From Chrysomallon squamiferum (taxonomy: Eukaryota; Animalia; Mollusca), in contig CM022677.1 of assembly GCA_012295275.1 (NCBI GenBank), forward strand, positions 27,094,001 to 27,158,000: a DNA stretch of 64,000 bases, given 5' to 3'. Made by a program: the position numbers and the translations under genes. Of this stretch, positions 38,530 to 55,884 are shown in pieces (the first letter of the stretch is position 1; each line of letters opens with the position of its first letter). Under the pieces are notes generated by a model. The model was not told the DNA's origin. It saw only the letters and a program-made list of their open reading frames with translations, and did no database searches.

Positions 38530-38930
38530 TATAGACTTACGAGTATTGACTTACGAGTTTATTTCGTAATTTCACTTGATTATTATTATTTCATTTTTTT
38601 TAAAATGAGTTAAGAGACCGTTATTTCTGAAGTATTTTAATCCTAGAAATAAATTTATTATTGCCAGTGTGTGTGCGTGCGTGCGTGCGTGTGTGAGACG
38701 TACATTGACTTAGGAATGCACCAACATAACATCCGGCCAACTACCCGCTTCCCACCCGTTTACGTCACGTGGTTACCTCGCCGCAGTAGCATCTCTGACG
38801 TGTTATGCTCGCGTCTTGTGCAGTATTTTGTCAAATTTCTTTTTTTCTGACCATGGATCATAAGAAAGAGTGCAAAGGACAGCGATGAGAAGAAGAAGCG
38901 GATGATGTCCATTGAAATAAAGCTTCAATA
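38530..38930 (+). mobile_element. Third, more truncated Tigger-family fragment
   Basis: Same left arm (GACTTACGAG…TTTTAATCCTAGAAATAAATTT) and the start of the ORF (KKKRMMSIEIKLQ, frameshifted) at 38853-38927. Confidence 0.75.
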
Positions 38931-39130
38931 CCTGTCATCTTAAAAATAGTTGTTAAAGTAACATTCTGTTGTATTAAATAAATAAATAAATAAACAAACA
39001 ATACAATTAAATAAATAAATCAATAAATAATAAAATATATAAAATATAAATAATATATATATATATTATCATTACTTGTAATTAAGAAAATAATGTAATA
39101 TAATAAAATAAAACGATACACAATGAGAGA

Positions 39131-39256
<126 letters not shown>

Positions 39257-39620
39257 GAATTATTTGTGTACAAGCTGTGTAACATTGTTCAGCTTGGTTT
39301 AAATTTAAAATCGTCTCAATACGACCTGACAGCAAAAAAATAAAAAATAAAACAAATAAAAAAATAAAAAACAAAAACGAATTTAATCCTCTCCTGACAA
39401 AGAGAGATTTCATTCTTTTTTTTTTTTTTCTTTTTTTTTATTCTGTATTTTATATCACGTTTTTCTTTCTACTGAAAATAAACTGCGATATTCTCGCCAG
39501 TGTTACGAGTGAAAATCAGAGTGAGAAGCAGTAAAAATTAAAAAAAAAAAAGAAAAAAAACATTTTCAAACTCGAGTTGTCTATGTAACTACATATATGT
39601 GTCTCTGGATAATATTTAGG

Positions 39621-39661
<41 letters not shown>

Positions 39662-39847
39662 GTGTCTGTGTGTGTGTGTGTGTGTGTTACTGTGTTTGTG
39701 TGTGTGTGTGTGTGTGTAAGTGTGTGTATATGTTCGGGGACTGTGCGTGTATGCGTACGCGTGCGTATGTGGTACAGATGAATGAAACAAAACAATTAGA
39801 AAAATTCAAACTAAAAAAAACCGAAAAGCAATTAAATTTAAATTTAT

Positions 39848-39930
<83 letters not shown>

Positions 39931-40517
39931 ACTATTTCTCCCTTAGAAAACATTTTCTCTTTACATATATATTTTTTTTCTTTTTAATTTATAAAGGCAG
40001 CTTCGGATCATGAACCTTAAAGACCTTATTTTTTTTTTTTTAAATTGATTCTCATTTTTTTTATTATTTATCCTTTTATTACTGTTACATCAAGCCTGAA
40101 TGTAACATAATACAGTAACACAGTGCGACATCACGTAACGTGACGTATTCACTTCAGCGTCTTTCTGTCAATCAAACACTGTTCAGGTACTTTGGTCACT
40201 CTTTTCTTTTCACCGTGTTTTATTGAAGGAATTATGCAACCTATTTTACTGTATGGGGATCATTAAATCAAGCGTTTTCTCAAATGTAAAATTAATGCAA
40301 ATGACGGAATTCTGTGTGTTAATAAATGTTCTCCCCTGGACTGATTCACCGTGGTGAAATAGGAACAGCTCTTTCTTGTACTTCTGTGAGAATAAGATAT
40401 TTGTGACAAGTCAGGACGAGTGTTTGTTGTTAAATGCAAGTCAGTGATTCTCAATGGAACAAATGCGTGTGAAAAATATCCCAGACGCTTGTACTTTTAA
40501 TAGCGGTGTCTTAAGTC

Positions 40518-41352
40518 CAGTGGTACCTTACCTTGACTTACGAGTTTAATTTGTAATTTCGCTGGATTATTATTTAGAAAAAAAAAATGAATTAAGAGAC
40601 CGTTAGTTTTGGACCCTACTGTTTATTTAATTATGAAGAATTTTAATCCTAGAAATAAATTTATTATTGCCAGTGTGTGTGCGTGTGTGCGTGTGTGTGT
40701 GTGAGACGTACATTGACTTAGGAATGAACCAACATAACATCCGGCCAACTACCCGCTTCCCCATCATGTGTTTACGGAATCATCTCTGGTTACCGTGTCT
40801 TGTGCAGTATTTTGACAAATTGCTTTTTTCTGACCATGGAACGAGAGAAAGTGACTGCAAAAGACAGCGATGGGAAGAAGAAGCGGATGATGTCCATTGA
40901 AATAAAGCTTCAGTTCATAGAAAAACATGAGCGAGGTGTGCGTGTAGTCAACTTGGTTAGGCAGTACGAGAGTAGTACTTCTATGATATGTACCACACTG
41001 AAACAGAAGGAGTTGATAAAGGCTGTAACTCCAGCCAAAAGTGTTAAAATAATCTGTCTGATCTACAAGATAAATACATTTTACAAAACCAGTTTATTTA
41101 TTTACATTCTCTTTTATTTTTTTTTTTTTTTACAATATTTGTCATTTATACATACGTTTGTCTTATTTAAAAACACGTTAAAACAAAATATATGTTTTGC
41201 GGGGGGCTGAAACGGATTAATTATATTTCAGTTAATTTCACAGTGTGTGGCAACAAAATTTATTTCTAGGATTAAAATATTTTATAAATAAGTAAATTAA
41301 AAACCAGGGCACTGAACTCATTTTTTTTCTAAATTTTATTCCAGCGAAATTA
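40518..41352 (+). mobile_element. Tigger/pogo-family DNA transposon relic with an N-terminal HTH fragment between imperfect inverted arms
   Basis: 40836-41053 encodes KKKRMMSIEIKLQFIEKHERGVRVVNLVRQYESSTSMICTTLKQKE, a CENP-B/psq-type HTH typical of Tigger transposases. A TIR-like CAGTGGTACC…GACTTACGAG lies at 40518. Inverted arms are at 40554-40670 and 41249-41352. Confidence 0.85.
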
Positions 41353-41863
41353 TAACTAACCCAGAATAAAAAGCATTAGAATTTTTTTTTATGACAGCTT
41401 CTGTTTAGGGGACAAGATCTTACTAAATATCCACAACAATCGGGGGCAAAAGTCTTTCAACCAGAACCACATTAATTTGCATAAATTCAAAATGGCCGCG
41501 TGAGGCTTGAAGAGGTAGAAATAGAAGTAGTAGGGGTGGTTGTAGCAACGGTAGCAGTCACTCAAACACTGTGCAAGGACTTTCCGGTTCAATGGTTCTT
41601 TGGTCACCCTCTTCTTTTCACCGTGTTTTTTTGACGTAATTATGCAACCTATTTTACTGTATGGGGATCGTTAAATCAAGCGTTTTCTCAAATGTAAAAT
41701 TAATGCAAATGACGAAAATTCTGTGTGTTAATAAATGTTCTCCCCTGGACTGATTCACCGTGGTGAAATAGGAACAACTCTTTCTTGACTGTGAGAATAA
41801 GAAGAACAAGTCAGGACGAGTGTTTGATGGTGTCCGTAGAACAAATTGAAAAAATTAAACCTT

Positions 41864-41915
<52 letters not shown>

Positions 41916-41959
41916 TCTGTTTGTGTGTTTTTGAATGTTTGTTGTGTGCGAGACGTTTC

Positions 41960-42612
41960 CTTACCTTGACTTACGAGTTCACCAACTTACTGAGTTTCTT
42001 CAGTTACGAGCAGTCTCACGGTCGATTTTGTGCTTTGAATTGCGAGCAAAAATCCGAGTTACGATCATGGATCCTAAGAAAGTGAGTGCAAAGGACAGTG
42101 CTGAGAAGAAGAAGCGGATGGTGTCCATTGAAATAAATCTTCAATTCGTAGAAACACATGAGCGAGGTGTGCGTGTAGTCAACTTGGCTAGGCAGTATGA
42201 GCGTAGTACTTCTACGATATGTACCATACTGAAGCAGAAGGAGTCGACAAAGCCTATAACTCCAGCCAAAGGCGTTAAAATAATTTCTAAACTGCGGACC
42301 ACTGTCCATGAAAAGATGGGGAACCCTAATCCTGTACACTTTACAAAACCAATGTATTTCTTTACATGCTCTTTTATTTTATTTTATTTTTTATATACAA
42401 TATTTGTCATTTATAAATACATTTTTGTGGGAGACGGGGGCAGGAATGGATTAATGGTATTTCAGTTAATTTCACAATGTGTGTGCCAATATAGTCTGAC
42501 AATAAATGTATTTCTAGGATTAAAATACTTTATAATTAAATAAAAACCAGGGTCTGAATTAATCGTCACTCAACTCCTTTTTTTTTTTTCTAAATTTTAA
42601 TCCATCGAAATT
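41960..42612 (+). mobile_element. Second Tigger-family relic (transposase N-terminus only)
   Basis: 42067-42320 encodes MDPKKVSAKDSAEKKKRMVSIEINLQFVETHERGVRVVNLARQYERSTSTICTILKQKE…SKLRTTVHEKM. No DDE domain. It shares flanks with the 40.5-41.4 kb copy. Confidence 0.85.
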
Positions 42613-43497
42613 ATAATTAACCTTGAAGAAACAGCATTAGAATTGTTTTTTATGACTCCACGACAATCTGGGACAAAAATCTGACAACCGGAAGTACATT
42701 AATTTGCATAAATTCAAAATGGCCGCGTGACTCTTAAATGTTCTAGTTCACTGCTGTCATACGTAAATATAACCGAAAAAATCCCTAAAATAACACTCTA
42801 AAAATAAACAAAAACAAAAACAGAAAACAGAAAACAGAAACAGCGTATTAAAACCGAAAGAAACAACAGCAAACGAACTAGATTCTTTAGTTGTTTCAGT
42901 GTGCGGATGACACGATTATTTCCGTTCGAAATACTCAGTCTGTTGTTTCATTTTGTTACTGCCAAAAACATAGGCAGTTTAAATTTTCAAGACGTACAGT
43001 ATTATTATACTATACGTCTTGAATATTCAAACTGCCTACCTTTTTATTCCCCTGTAACCGTAGCATATTTTATTAATAGTATTTCATCACACACGCACAC
43101 ACACACACACGCACACGCACACACACAGAAATAAAACAGCAGAAGTAGTAGATGCACAGTAGCAGTCGTAATGGCATAAATAGTAGTAGTAGTAACAGTA
43201 GAAGTGGTAGAAATAGAAGTAGTAGTAGTAGTGATGGTAGTAACTAGCAATAGTATTAGCAGTAATAGTAGAAATAATAGTAGAAGTAGTAGTAGTAGTA
43301 GTTATTGTTTGTTAATGTTGTTGTTGCTGCTGCTGCTGTTGTTGTTGATGTTGCTGTAACAGTGGGGCAGTCATGAAGAAGAAGAAAACACGATCTTGGT
43401 TGTTGTTGTTTTTTAAATATTTATCCTTTACCACATAAGAACATTATTATTCTTTTCAAAATATACAATTTTCAACAAAAACTAAATTTTCTTGCTT

Positions 43498-43932
43498 TCA
43501 CTGTGCGTAAGGCGGAGGATACAAGGTCATCACAGTCTGGTCACTCACAGGTGGCGCTGTGGGAATATTACGCACTTCCGTTCTCGAGCAGTGCGGAACG
43601 TACGTAACAGGGTCGCCAGTCAAATAGTCCGCTTTATTTCCGGAAACTCCCGAGCGCTCGTATCCGTAATTTGCCGCGTCGCATTCCTGTAAGATTCGGA
43701 AGTAAGCTCCGTCCTGACTCTGCAGCACCACCAGTCCGGGCTCGAGTTCCAGAGCGTACAAATGTTTCACCATGACTTTTTTGTCGCTCGCAACGTCTTC
43801 GGGCGTTTCGTTGCCGCTGCAGCATTCCCACAACGTGTACAGCACCACAGCACACAGTCCTGCCACGAGAAGGAGACCGAACAAGTGCCAGAGGTCAAAC
43901 CCACCAGCACTGAAATAAAAAAAATTAAAAAA

Positions 43933-43966
<34 letters not shown>

Positions 43967-44552
43967 TTAACAATACATTGTTAATAAACTAGTGTCGATT
44001 TAATGAAAATTTTGAAATTATTAAATATAATATAAATAGTTAAATGTATAATAACCAAACAAATAATAATAATAATAAATAAATAAATAAATAACAATTA
44101 ATAATAATAACAAATGATTAATATAAGAATAATAATAAATAAATAACAATTAACAAGAACAAATGATTAATATAAGAATAATAATAAATAAATAACAATA
44201 AAATGATTAATATAAAATAATAAATAAATAACAATTAACAAAACAAATGATTAATATAATAATAATAATAAATAAATAAAATAACAACAAAATTAAGAAT
44301 AATAACAAATAATTAACAATAACAATAACAAATGATTTAATAATAATATTTGTAATAATAGTTTTCATAACAATAGTAGTAGTAGTTGTAGTTTTGTTGT
44401 TGTTGTTGTTGTTGTAGAACTAACAGCAGTAATTCTGTTATATATATATATATATTATCTGTGGGAGGGGTTGAAAATGGCAAGGAATATAAAACGAAAG
44501 GAAAACAAAAGATAAAAACAATGAAAAACAAATACCTGAACACATCGGACAT
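43498..44552 (-). CDS. Small single-pass membrane adaptor (142 aa) with juxtamembrane CC, PTAP and PPPY motifs
   Basis: Exon 44552-44536 (MSDVF, phase 2; acceptor at 44574-44576) joins exon 43909-43498 to give MSDVFSAGGFDLWHLFGLLLVAGLCAVVLYTLWECCSGNE...RNIPTAPPVSDQTVMTLYPPPYAQ*. The exon is GC-rich and non-repetitive with good splice sites. Confidence 0.82.
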
Positions 44553-44852
44553 TGTAATCGTCTGTCCTGTCACCTGAAAATACAACAACACTCATTAGTA
44601 TTTGTTTATTTCACACACACACAACACACACACACACACATTTATTTATATACACACATATATACAACACACACATACACATTTATATATATAAATACAC
44701 ACACACAGACACACGTATTTATTTATATATATAAATACACACACACATACATACAACATTTATTTATATATATAAATACACACATGTACATATATACAAA
44801 AATATACAGGTACACAGACAATTATATATATTACATATAACATACACACAGA

Positions 44853-44901
<49 letters not shown>

Positions 44902-46190
44902 TACAATATATACACATAACAGACACACACATATATATACACACACTATACACACACACACATATATATATATATGCATATAATGATATACACACAAATG
45001 ATATGTATTAAAAACAAATTATACAATGATACATACAACTCGACATATTCACAAACCATCAAGTCAAGCAAGCACTCACAAACCTGTATAATCTACATAT
45101 TCACATACATTACATCACTGAAGTAATAATGAATAGCCATGCAGTATCGCCTATATTTCAAATACACATGTCACACCATTTTACGTATTATTATCGTACG
45201 ACTCATAATTTCGTGACCACCGTTCCAACATCAGTGAAAACACGTCATAATTAAAATCATTAAAAGAAATAGTTTAATTCTTACCTTCTTTTAAATTATT
45301 ATTTTTTTTAAATTATATTCTCCGTAGTTTCACTAATTTGACGTCCATTTCGCGTGTATCACTAATTCCTTTGCAACAAGCAGAAAAATCGATACTGCAC
45401 ACGTGTTGCCGAGTCGATAACAAATTTCTGCGTTTCTGTTTTGTTTTTTTCTGTCTATGCAGAAGTCGCGAGGGTTTCCGATTTCACGCGAACTGCGGTC
45501 AGCTCGTGCAGCCGTCGATCGTGACGTTTCGTGCATTTCCGCAGGTTGTCGGGTGAAAAGTGATTATTTAGCGAAAAGAAGCGATGATTTGCGAAAGTGG
45601 TCGAGGCTTTTTAATCTAGCTCAGTATGTACTATTTATCTGCATCTGTGTGGGAGTGCGTATGTATATTTGTGTGTGTGTGTGTCTCTGTCTGTCTATAT
45701 ACAACACACACACACACACACACAGATACTAAAACAGTCTTTCACTCCATATTTCGATCCAAAAGTTTCTCCTTTTAACTTAATCTTTTTCTTTTTTCTT
45801 TTTCTTTTTTTTTTTTTTTTCTTTTTTCATATTGTTTTCACTATTATTTTTTATTACTAATATTTTTATTTATTTACTTTACAATTTATTTTTAACACAG
45901 TATAAAGACAGCAGTAAACAGAACGTTTGTATCAACTGAAAACACTTCTTTCTCTTCCTCACAAAAGAGCTACGGCCACAGATCAACAAAATCGATATCA
46001 ACAAATTAAACGAAAACGGAATGACGCACTTTGTATCCAAGTTCGCGATACAAATCAATGGTTATACAAGTCTGGTGCAGTTCACTGGTATGTGATTCTT
46101 GGTCCAGTTAATACGTTAACTCCCGTTCCAACAACTTTACTCAGTATTTTGATTAGTTGTATACTGAATGTCTTGATATAAACACAGACG

Positions 46191-46233
<43 letters not shown>

Positions 46234-46954
46234 CAACACCCTTGTGACCAGTTTTCCTGTCTATGGGTTGGTACAATAATCAAATACATTTTGCTCATGA
46301 ATGATAAGAATTAGAGAACAGCCTACAGAAACACATGCGTGCAATTAAATATTCACTCACAGCCACATACATGTTATATACATCTAAATAATTATAGACA
46401 TCTATAACGACACTACATAGACATACATAGACAATGACACACACATGCGCACACGCACATAAATACAAACACAGGCACAGGCACACACACACACACACAC
46501 ACCTTCACATGTGCACACAATACTTTACGAGAATATGAGACGTCATTAAGGGACGTAATCCTTACTGTGTAAAAACGCGTATTCTTTGAAGAGTCGTCTC
46601 CCTGGAATAAAAAAAAATTAAAAAAAATAAATAAAAAAATAAATAAATAAATAAATATATGAATAAACAAACAAAAAACATACAAACAAACAAACAAACA
46701 AACAAACAAATAAATATATTATAAACAAAAAACAAACAAATAAATACAAATTTTAATTTTACTTGCATCATTTTACTAATTTTGTAAATCAAACATGTCA
46801 AAGACTCTCCTTATGGTTTTCGACTTTACAAATGGCCGAATCCAACCTTTAAGAAAGGCTGTCATAATCATTGGAAAACGGGTTAAATTTAGAATATTTG
46901 TATCTACTGAAGCTGTTGTAGTTGTACTGTTATTTTTAATGAAGTTGTTACCTT

Positions 46955-46987
<33 letters not shown>

Positions 46988-47250
46988 ACGAATGAGTCAT
47001 TTAGCGAAACAAATTTCCTTCTGTAAATTTTAAATAGGAGACAACTAACATGAAAAACGTAAATGTGCTGATAATCAGGAGTTATTTCCCCTGGTATGAA
47101 CTTAAAAATATCCAACTTTAATAAATATAACAACAATTACCTCTGGTAGTACTAGTACTAAAAGTAGCAGTAGTAATTGTAGTAGTAGTAATTGTAGCAG
47201 TAGTGTCAGTAGTAATAGTAGTAATAGTTATTGTTTATGTTGAAGAACTA

Positions 47251-47289
<39 letters not shown>

Positions 47290-47731
47290 GCAGTAGATGT
47301 TGCAGTGGTAGCTGCTGCTGTTGCTACTGTTATCTTTTTTTCGCGTGGTAGTCATTTGATAATGTTGTAGTTGCTGCTATTCACGTTAACATACCGTATG
47401 AAATAACCAAACGTAAATTACCGATGATGTCAACAATACTATGACGTATGTTTAAATATTTTACGCAGAATTGAACCTCAAATGAACAAACGGTAAGAAT
47501 AATTTACTATTTCTTATATATACATTTGTGTGTGTTTGAGTCTGTGTATGTGTGTGTATGTGTGTGTGTATGTAGTGTTGTTTGCGTGTATGTGTTTGTC
47601 GGGGGTGTTTTTTAAACAGTTCATTCTCGCGACCGTCAAGCTATTTATGAACAATCAAATAATAATAATAATAATATTAATATTAATATTAATATTAATA
47701 ATCATCATCATCATTAATTAATTAATAAAAC

Positions 47732-47796
<65 letters not shown>

Positions 47797-47818
47797 CATA
47801 TATACATACATACATACA

Positions 47819-47854
<36 letters not shown>

Positions 47855-48815
47855 TCCACTGAACATTCTTTCCATGCCATTTTCCGAGTCAAACTGATAT
47901 TCATTCACAAAAATCGTGACTAAGCCATCTCTTTTGTTGACAAAACAAAGCTCTATCTTTTGTTCCTGTGAAAAATGATTTGGTACACTGCAACCCAGAC
48001 AGAAGTAGGTCGGCTTCATTGATTGGGGAAAAAAAATTAAAATAACTTGGGGAAATTTCCCTGCCAACCCAGTTCAGTAGCTTAAAAATTATACTGAACT
48101 TTATACTCTGGTTCCCTCTGTAACCGTGTCTCAGAAACCCTGCTTAGCACTGTTTCTCTCTGAATCAAAAATAATGTTCTAACATTAATATTAAATCATA
48201 TATATATATATATATATATTCATTAACACGCACATACATACATACAAGCATACACACATACATACATACATACATCAAAAATAAATACACACACACATGT
48301 ATATATTAAACATATATACGCACACGTGCGCGCGCACACACATATTCACATACATATACGTTTAAATATACATAAACACACCCACACACGTACATACACG
48401 AAATACACTAACACGTGTGCCTGCGTGAGTGTGCGTGTGTGTGTACGCACATTATCAATCATCCAGACGCTGGGAAATACCAAACTCTTTTAAACATAAA
48501 AAACTCAACAATCACGCCTCAATATTTATCAATATTTACAGAAGACACATGCACATTTTCATCACGCATCTAACTTCATCTCCAAAGCTATTTGTTTCAT
48601 CGATGTGCATCCCCTTTTAAATGCTGATCGAACCCTGACTTCTATACGTGCCGCAAACATAAATAGAAATGCCAAGTCAGTGTGGTGACGTCATAAATAG
48701 GTGAACGTCTCCCACTTACAAGTTCGTGGATAATAAGTATATTTCATTAGGTCATCTGGGTTCATTTAAGTCAGTACCTCTTGTTCTATCACTGACTACT
48801 AAAATTACTCTCTCC

Positions 48816-48882
<67 letters not shown>

Positions 48883-49118
48883 CTGTATCTATCTCCATCG
48901 CTATCTCTCTGTTTTGACTCCCTATCTCTTTCTATCTATCTGAAATTCAAATATATATATATATAAGAAATAACAGCACAAATGGAAAAACGAGTTTAAT
49001 ATTATTCTATACTGATACTATGTTTTACCATAGATTGATAATCAATACACAAAAGTTACAAAACTGATTTTCACTTACCATAAACATTTTATATGATAGA
49101 TTTAAAACTAAAAACAAA

Positions 49119-49159
<41 letters not shown>

Positions 49160-49668
49160 TACAGTACGTATATAGGCATATTGTATTTGAATATATATTT
49201 ATTATTATACATATTTACATATACTATTTACTTTTATTTATTATTGTACATTGTTAGTAATATTATATTTTAATAGTATTGACTATGTTTATGTTAATAT
49301 TCATGTTACGTACGCTCGTGTTTCAATATTCATTTATTTGCTATTGTGGATATTCATATATTAAATTTGAATATTTATGTATTGATACGCATATTCATTT
49401 AGTAGAATTTAATGTTTATATAATGATTTGTATAACACTCTGTGTATGTTGCATGTGTTATTATCCTAATAGTGTACAAGTATGTATTACTGTAAATATT
49501 AAAGCGTGTATATGTATATATGTATGTGTGTATATATATGTATATGTATATATGTACGTGTGTATATATATATATATATACATACACACATACATTTATA
49601 CATGTACAAATACATGTAAATATTAAAGCGTATATATGCATATATGTATGTATGTATATATATACATA

Positions 49669-49908
49669 CAGGATTTACAGTTATTACGTAGGCAATTTAT
49701 TTTAAATAATAAGCGTGTTTCAAGCATTAAATAGAAACTGTTTGATCTCTCAGGTGCTCAAAATGTCCTCCTTCCACATTAATTAATTAATTTATTTATT
49801 TACAAGTTAGATCCGAGGAGTATTTTATGTTAATATTGTACTTAGCGAGTAGCTTCGAGCTTATAAACGACAGTTTAATAACTGTAAACCTACTTTTGGG
49901 CCACCCTG
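49669..49908 (-). mobile_element. Internally deleted Tc1/mariner element (~240 bp)
   Basis: TA-flanked ends. One TIR reads CAGGGTGGCCCAAAAGTAGGTTTACAGTTATTA (minus, from 49908); a shortened counterpart CAGG…TTTACAGTTATTA starts at 49669. The minus strand at ~49750-49780 encodes VEGGHFEHLR, a typical mariner transposase C-terminus. Confidence 0.75.
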
Positions 49909-49916
49909 TATCTATG

Positions 49917-49976
<60 letters not shown>

Positions 49977-50736
49977 TATACACATATATACATATACATA
50001 CACACTCTTTGATATTTACATTAATATATATATGGGCAGTCAATCTGACAATGCTAAAGCCCAGAGCTGAATACAGCTTACAAAGCTAACAAGTAAAAAA
50101 AACTGGCAACGTGTCCATTGTGTGACAACGTCTGCTGTTGTGTTTGCAGGGCGCGGTGGACCGAACCCCACAGAATTGGGTGGGTTCAACAGGTGCTAAA
50201 CACAGCAAGCAGCACCGATGTGTCGTACACCACGAATTTAGCGAGCTACATCGTCATCGTTGTCGTCGTCAGCAATAAATCGCAGTCATCATTGTCAACA
50301 TTATAATTATTGTTGTCATTGTTCTGTAATATTAGTAGTATTAGTATAAGTATTGACGTTGTTGTTGTTGTTGCTGCTGCTGTTGTTGTTGTTTTTGTTG
50401 CTGTTGCTGTTGTTTTTGTTGCTGCTGTTGTTGCTGCTGCTGCTGTTGTCGTTGTTGTTAATCGATAGTTATATCGCATCCCAGAGCACGCATCCCCCTC
50501 ACAACCACCCACTTTTTCTAAATAAGTCTGGCAAGGTCAAAGGTCATTCAGTATCCGGTCGAGTGATTATCTGATGATCGGCTTTCGGGATTAACCACCT
50601 GAGTCGTTCTGTTGTCTTCACGACAGACATTTCACACCACACGATAATCAGTTCAAAGACTCCAGATCGAGGCTTAGTGCTTTTTCACTGATCACAAGAA
50701 ATAGTAAAAAAAATATATATAATAAAAATAGAGAAC

Positions 50737-50830
<94 letters not shown>

Positions 50831-50992
50831 ATTTTTAACAAATTTCGTAACTGCATTTATATCAAAACATATACAATTGTCGACGAAAATAACAACAATA
50901 ATAACACGAAGAATAAATAAATAAATAAATAAATGCTGAAGTTATTCCGAATAAGAGATAAAAATAAATGACCTATATTTTTTTTTTTGCCT

Positions 50993-51029
<37 letters not shown>

Positions 51030-51222
51030 AGAGGAAATTTTAGGACAGATTGTCCTGACTATGAAAAGTTTTTAATTCAGAACATCGCTGCGCATGCTCA
51101 GAGAAATTAGGTCATCAGATGACAATGTCACTCGTCTGTGCTATAAATAGCAGGCTGAAACTCGTGTACTTGTAGAGTTTTAACTTTCACGAACAAGATA
51201 AAAATCATACGAATCATCTGTT

Positions 51223-51276
<54 letters not shown>

Positions 51277-51477
51277 TTCTGAGTGCATGTATTGTGTATA
51301 TAAGTGTGTAAATGTATGTGTGTGTATGTGTTGTCACACTGTTTTGTATATGGTACTGTTTCCAGTGTGTACAGACACACGTACGTATACTTACATGAAC
51401 ATACACACATACCTATCTACCTGTCTACCTACATACATACACACATACCTACATACATACATATACACACAGTGAGT

Positions 51478-51593
51478 GCGGGCGAATGGGTGTCATACGT
51501 TCGAGTCTCGTCAGCGGCATCTGACAGGTTTGTGAGGTCGTGATTGGACTTTGTCCTCCTGCGCCATAGCATTCCTCAGTATTGTCTATGTGC
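51478..51593 (+). mobile_element. SINE-like repeat (copy 3, independent insertion)
   Basis: GTTCGAGTCTCGTCAGCGGCATCTGACAGGTTTGTGAGGTCGTGATTGGACTTTGTCCTCCTGCGCC matches copies 1 and 2 but has unrelated flanks. Confidence 0.55.
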
Positions 51594-51767
51594 AGAGTCT
51601 ATTCAGACGTGTATAAACAGAGAATATTTATTTCTGTCGCGTGTTTTATCTGATTAGCAGGCTAATTTGTCCAGTGCCAGGTTTCCCCCAAAAAAATATA
51701 TACAAGCAAGAATAATGTCTACGTGCCAAGTTTAATAAGAAGTAACTTAAGAAAAGAAATATTCATT

Positions 51768-51810
<43 letters not shown>

Positions 51811-51883
51811 ACAGACATATACACAAACACAGAGACTAAAAGAGATGTCTAAAACTAAATAAAATTAAAATATAAAGTAAAGA

Positions 51884-51951
<68 letters not shown>

Positions 51952-52016
51952 TCTCATATACAATATATACTGTGTATATGTGTGTTTAGTGTCTTTGTGT
52001 GTGCGCGTGCGTGTGC

Positions 52017-52067
<51 letters not shown>

Positions 52068-52387
52068 CATGACGCTCCAGCTGCGACTACAATTCAGCTG
52101 AACAGCTGTGACGACGTTATTAATTCACCGTCTACGTGAAACAGATAAAAGAGAAATGTCTGTCTTCATCTAACGGGCTTTCTTTCTGACCACTGCCCAA
52201 ACACACAACAACAACTTATATTTTCTATTTACATATGCAAGGTCAAGGCCCATTAGAAGAGTAAAGTATATTAGAAGAGAAGAACAAGAGAGAGAGAGAG
52301 ACAGATATAGAGACAGACACACAAAGAGAGACGTCGAGAGACACAGAGAGATAGACAGAAACAGAGATGGACGGACATATACAGAGA

Positions 52388-52494
<107 letters not shown>

Positions 52495-53109
52495 GGAGGA
52501 CAGAGAAAGGCGAAAGAGACATTTTAGAGAAAAACAGAGACAGTGAGAAACGCGGGGCGTGAAGAAGAGAGACAGACAGAGACAGAAGAATATTAGTCCA
52601 TTCATTCATTCTTATACTTCTTTCATTCGTTCATTCTTCCATTCTTTAGTTCATTCTTTTTTTAGTTCACCCCGTGACATCATAATTGTGACCTTTGACC
52701 CCTCGAAACAAGGCGACGTAATTACGCAATATATTTTCCGACTTGTGAGACCGTGCAGTTATGCAATTTAACATACCACTCTGGACGGTTCCACTTTTGA
52801 CTGACGAGGGGTGTCAACAAAAAGTATTGTAATAAATTAGGAGCATCTGACGAGCATCTCAGTCTTTCGACCTTTCGTTAGGAAAACAGAGCTGGACTTT
52901 CTAAAGTGCTAGCACATTGGGAAATCACGTCATTATAATACATTACGTCAGCGTGAAATTATTTTATGTCACTGTCGTTTATTAAGTTGCTATAAATTTA
53001 CATTTATTAATATTATGTCAGTAAAGCATTATATTACGTCACCAAGACTTATTACGTCACTATAAGATTAAATTGCGTCAACAAAACATATTACGTCACT
53101 ATAAGATTA

Positions 53110-55730
<2,621 letters not shown>

Positions 55731-55884
55731 GAATCTATTATGTTTTATATCCTCGACAGTTTTAAAGTTAAAACATAAATAAAATAATCAAATATTAAAT
55801 TTAAAGTTTTATATCTCCTACAGCAAAATAGTTAAATTTCTTAACATATATATACATGTTTGTATATGTTATGTTGATATTACT

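Noticed and set aside
41935-42543. 202-aa ORF as a domesticated TIGD/CENP-B gene
   Set aside because: Only ~85 aa are transposase-like, there is no DDE domain, and sibling copies are decayed.
44337-44535. Hydrophobic read-through ORF MSDVFRYLFFIVFIFCFPF… present in both copies
   Set aside because: It runs through a good donor into a T-rich intron; conservation is explained by the recent duplication.
47860-48150. Minus-strand ORF MKPTYFCLGCSVPNH…
   Set aside because: No splice partners or known motif; likely a transposon remnant or chance ORF.
50118-50306. Exon-like GC-richer segment (RARWTEPHRIGW…)
   Set aside because: No partner exons or recognisable homology; cannot be supported.
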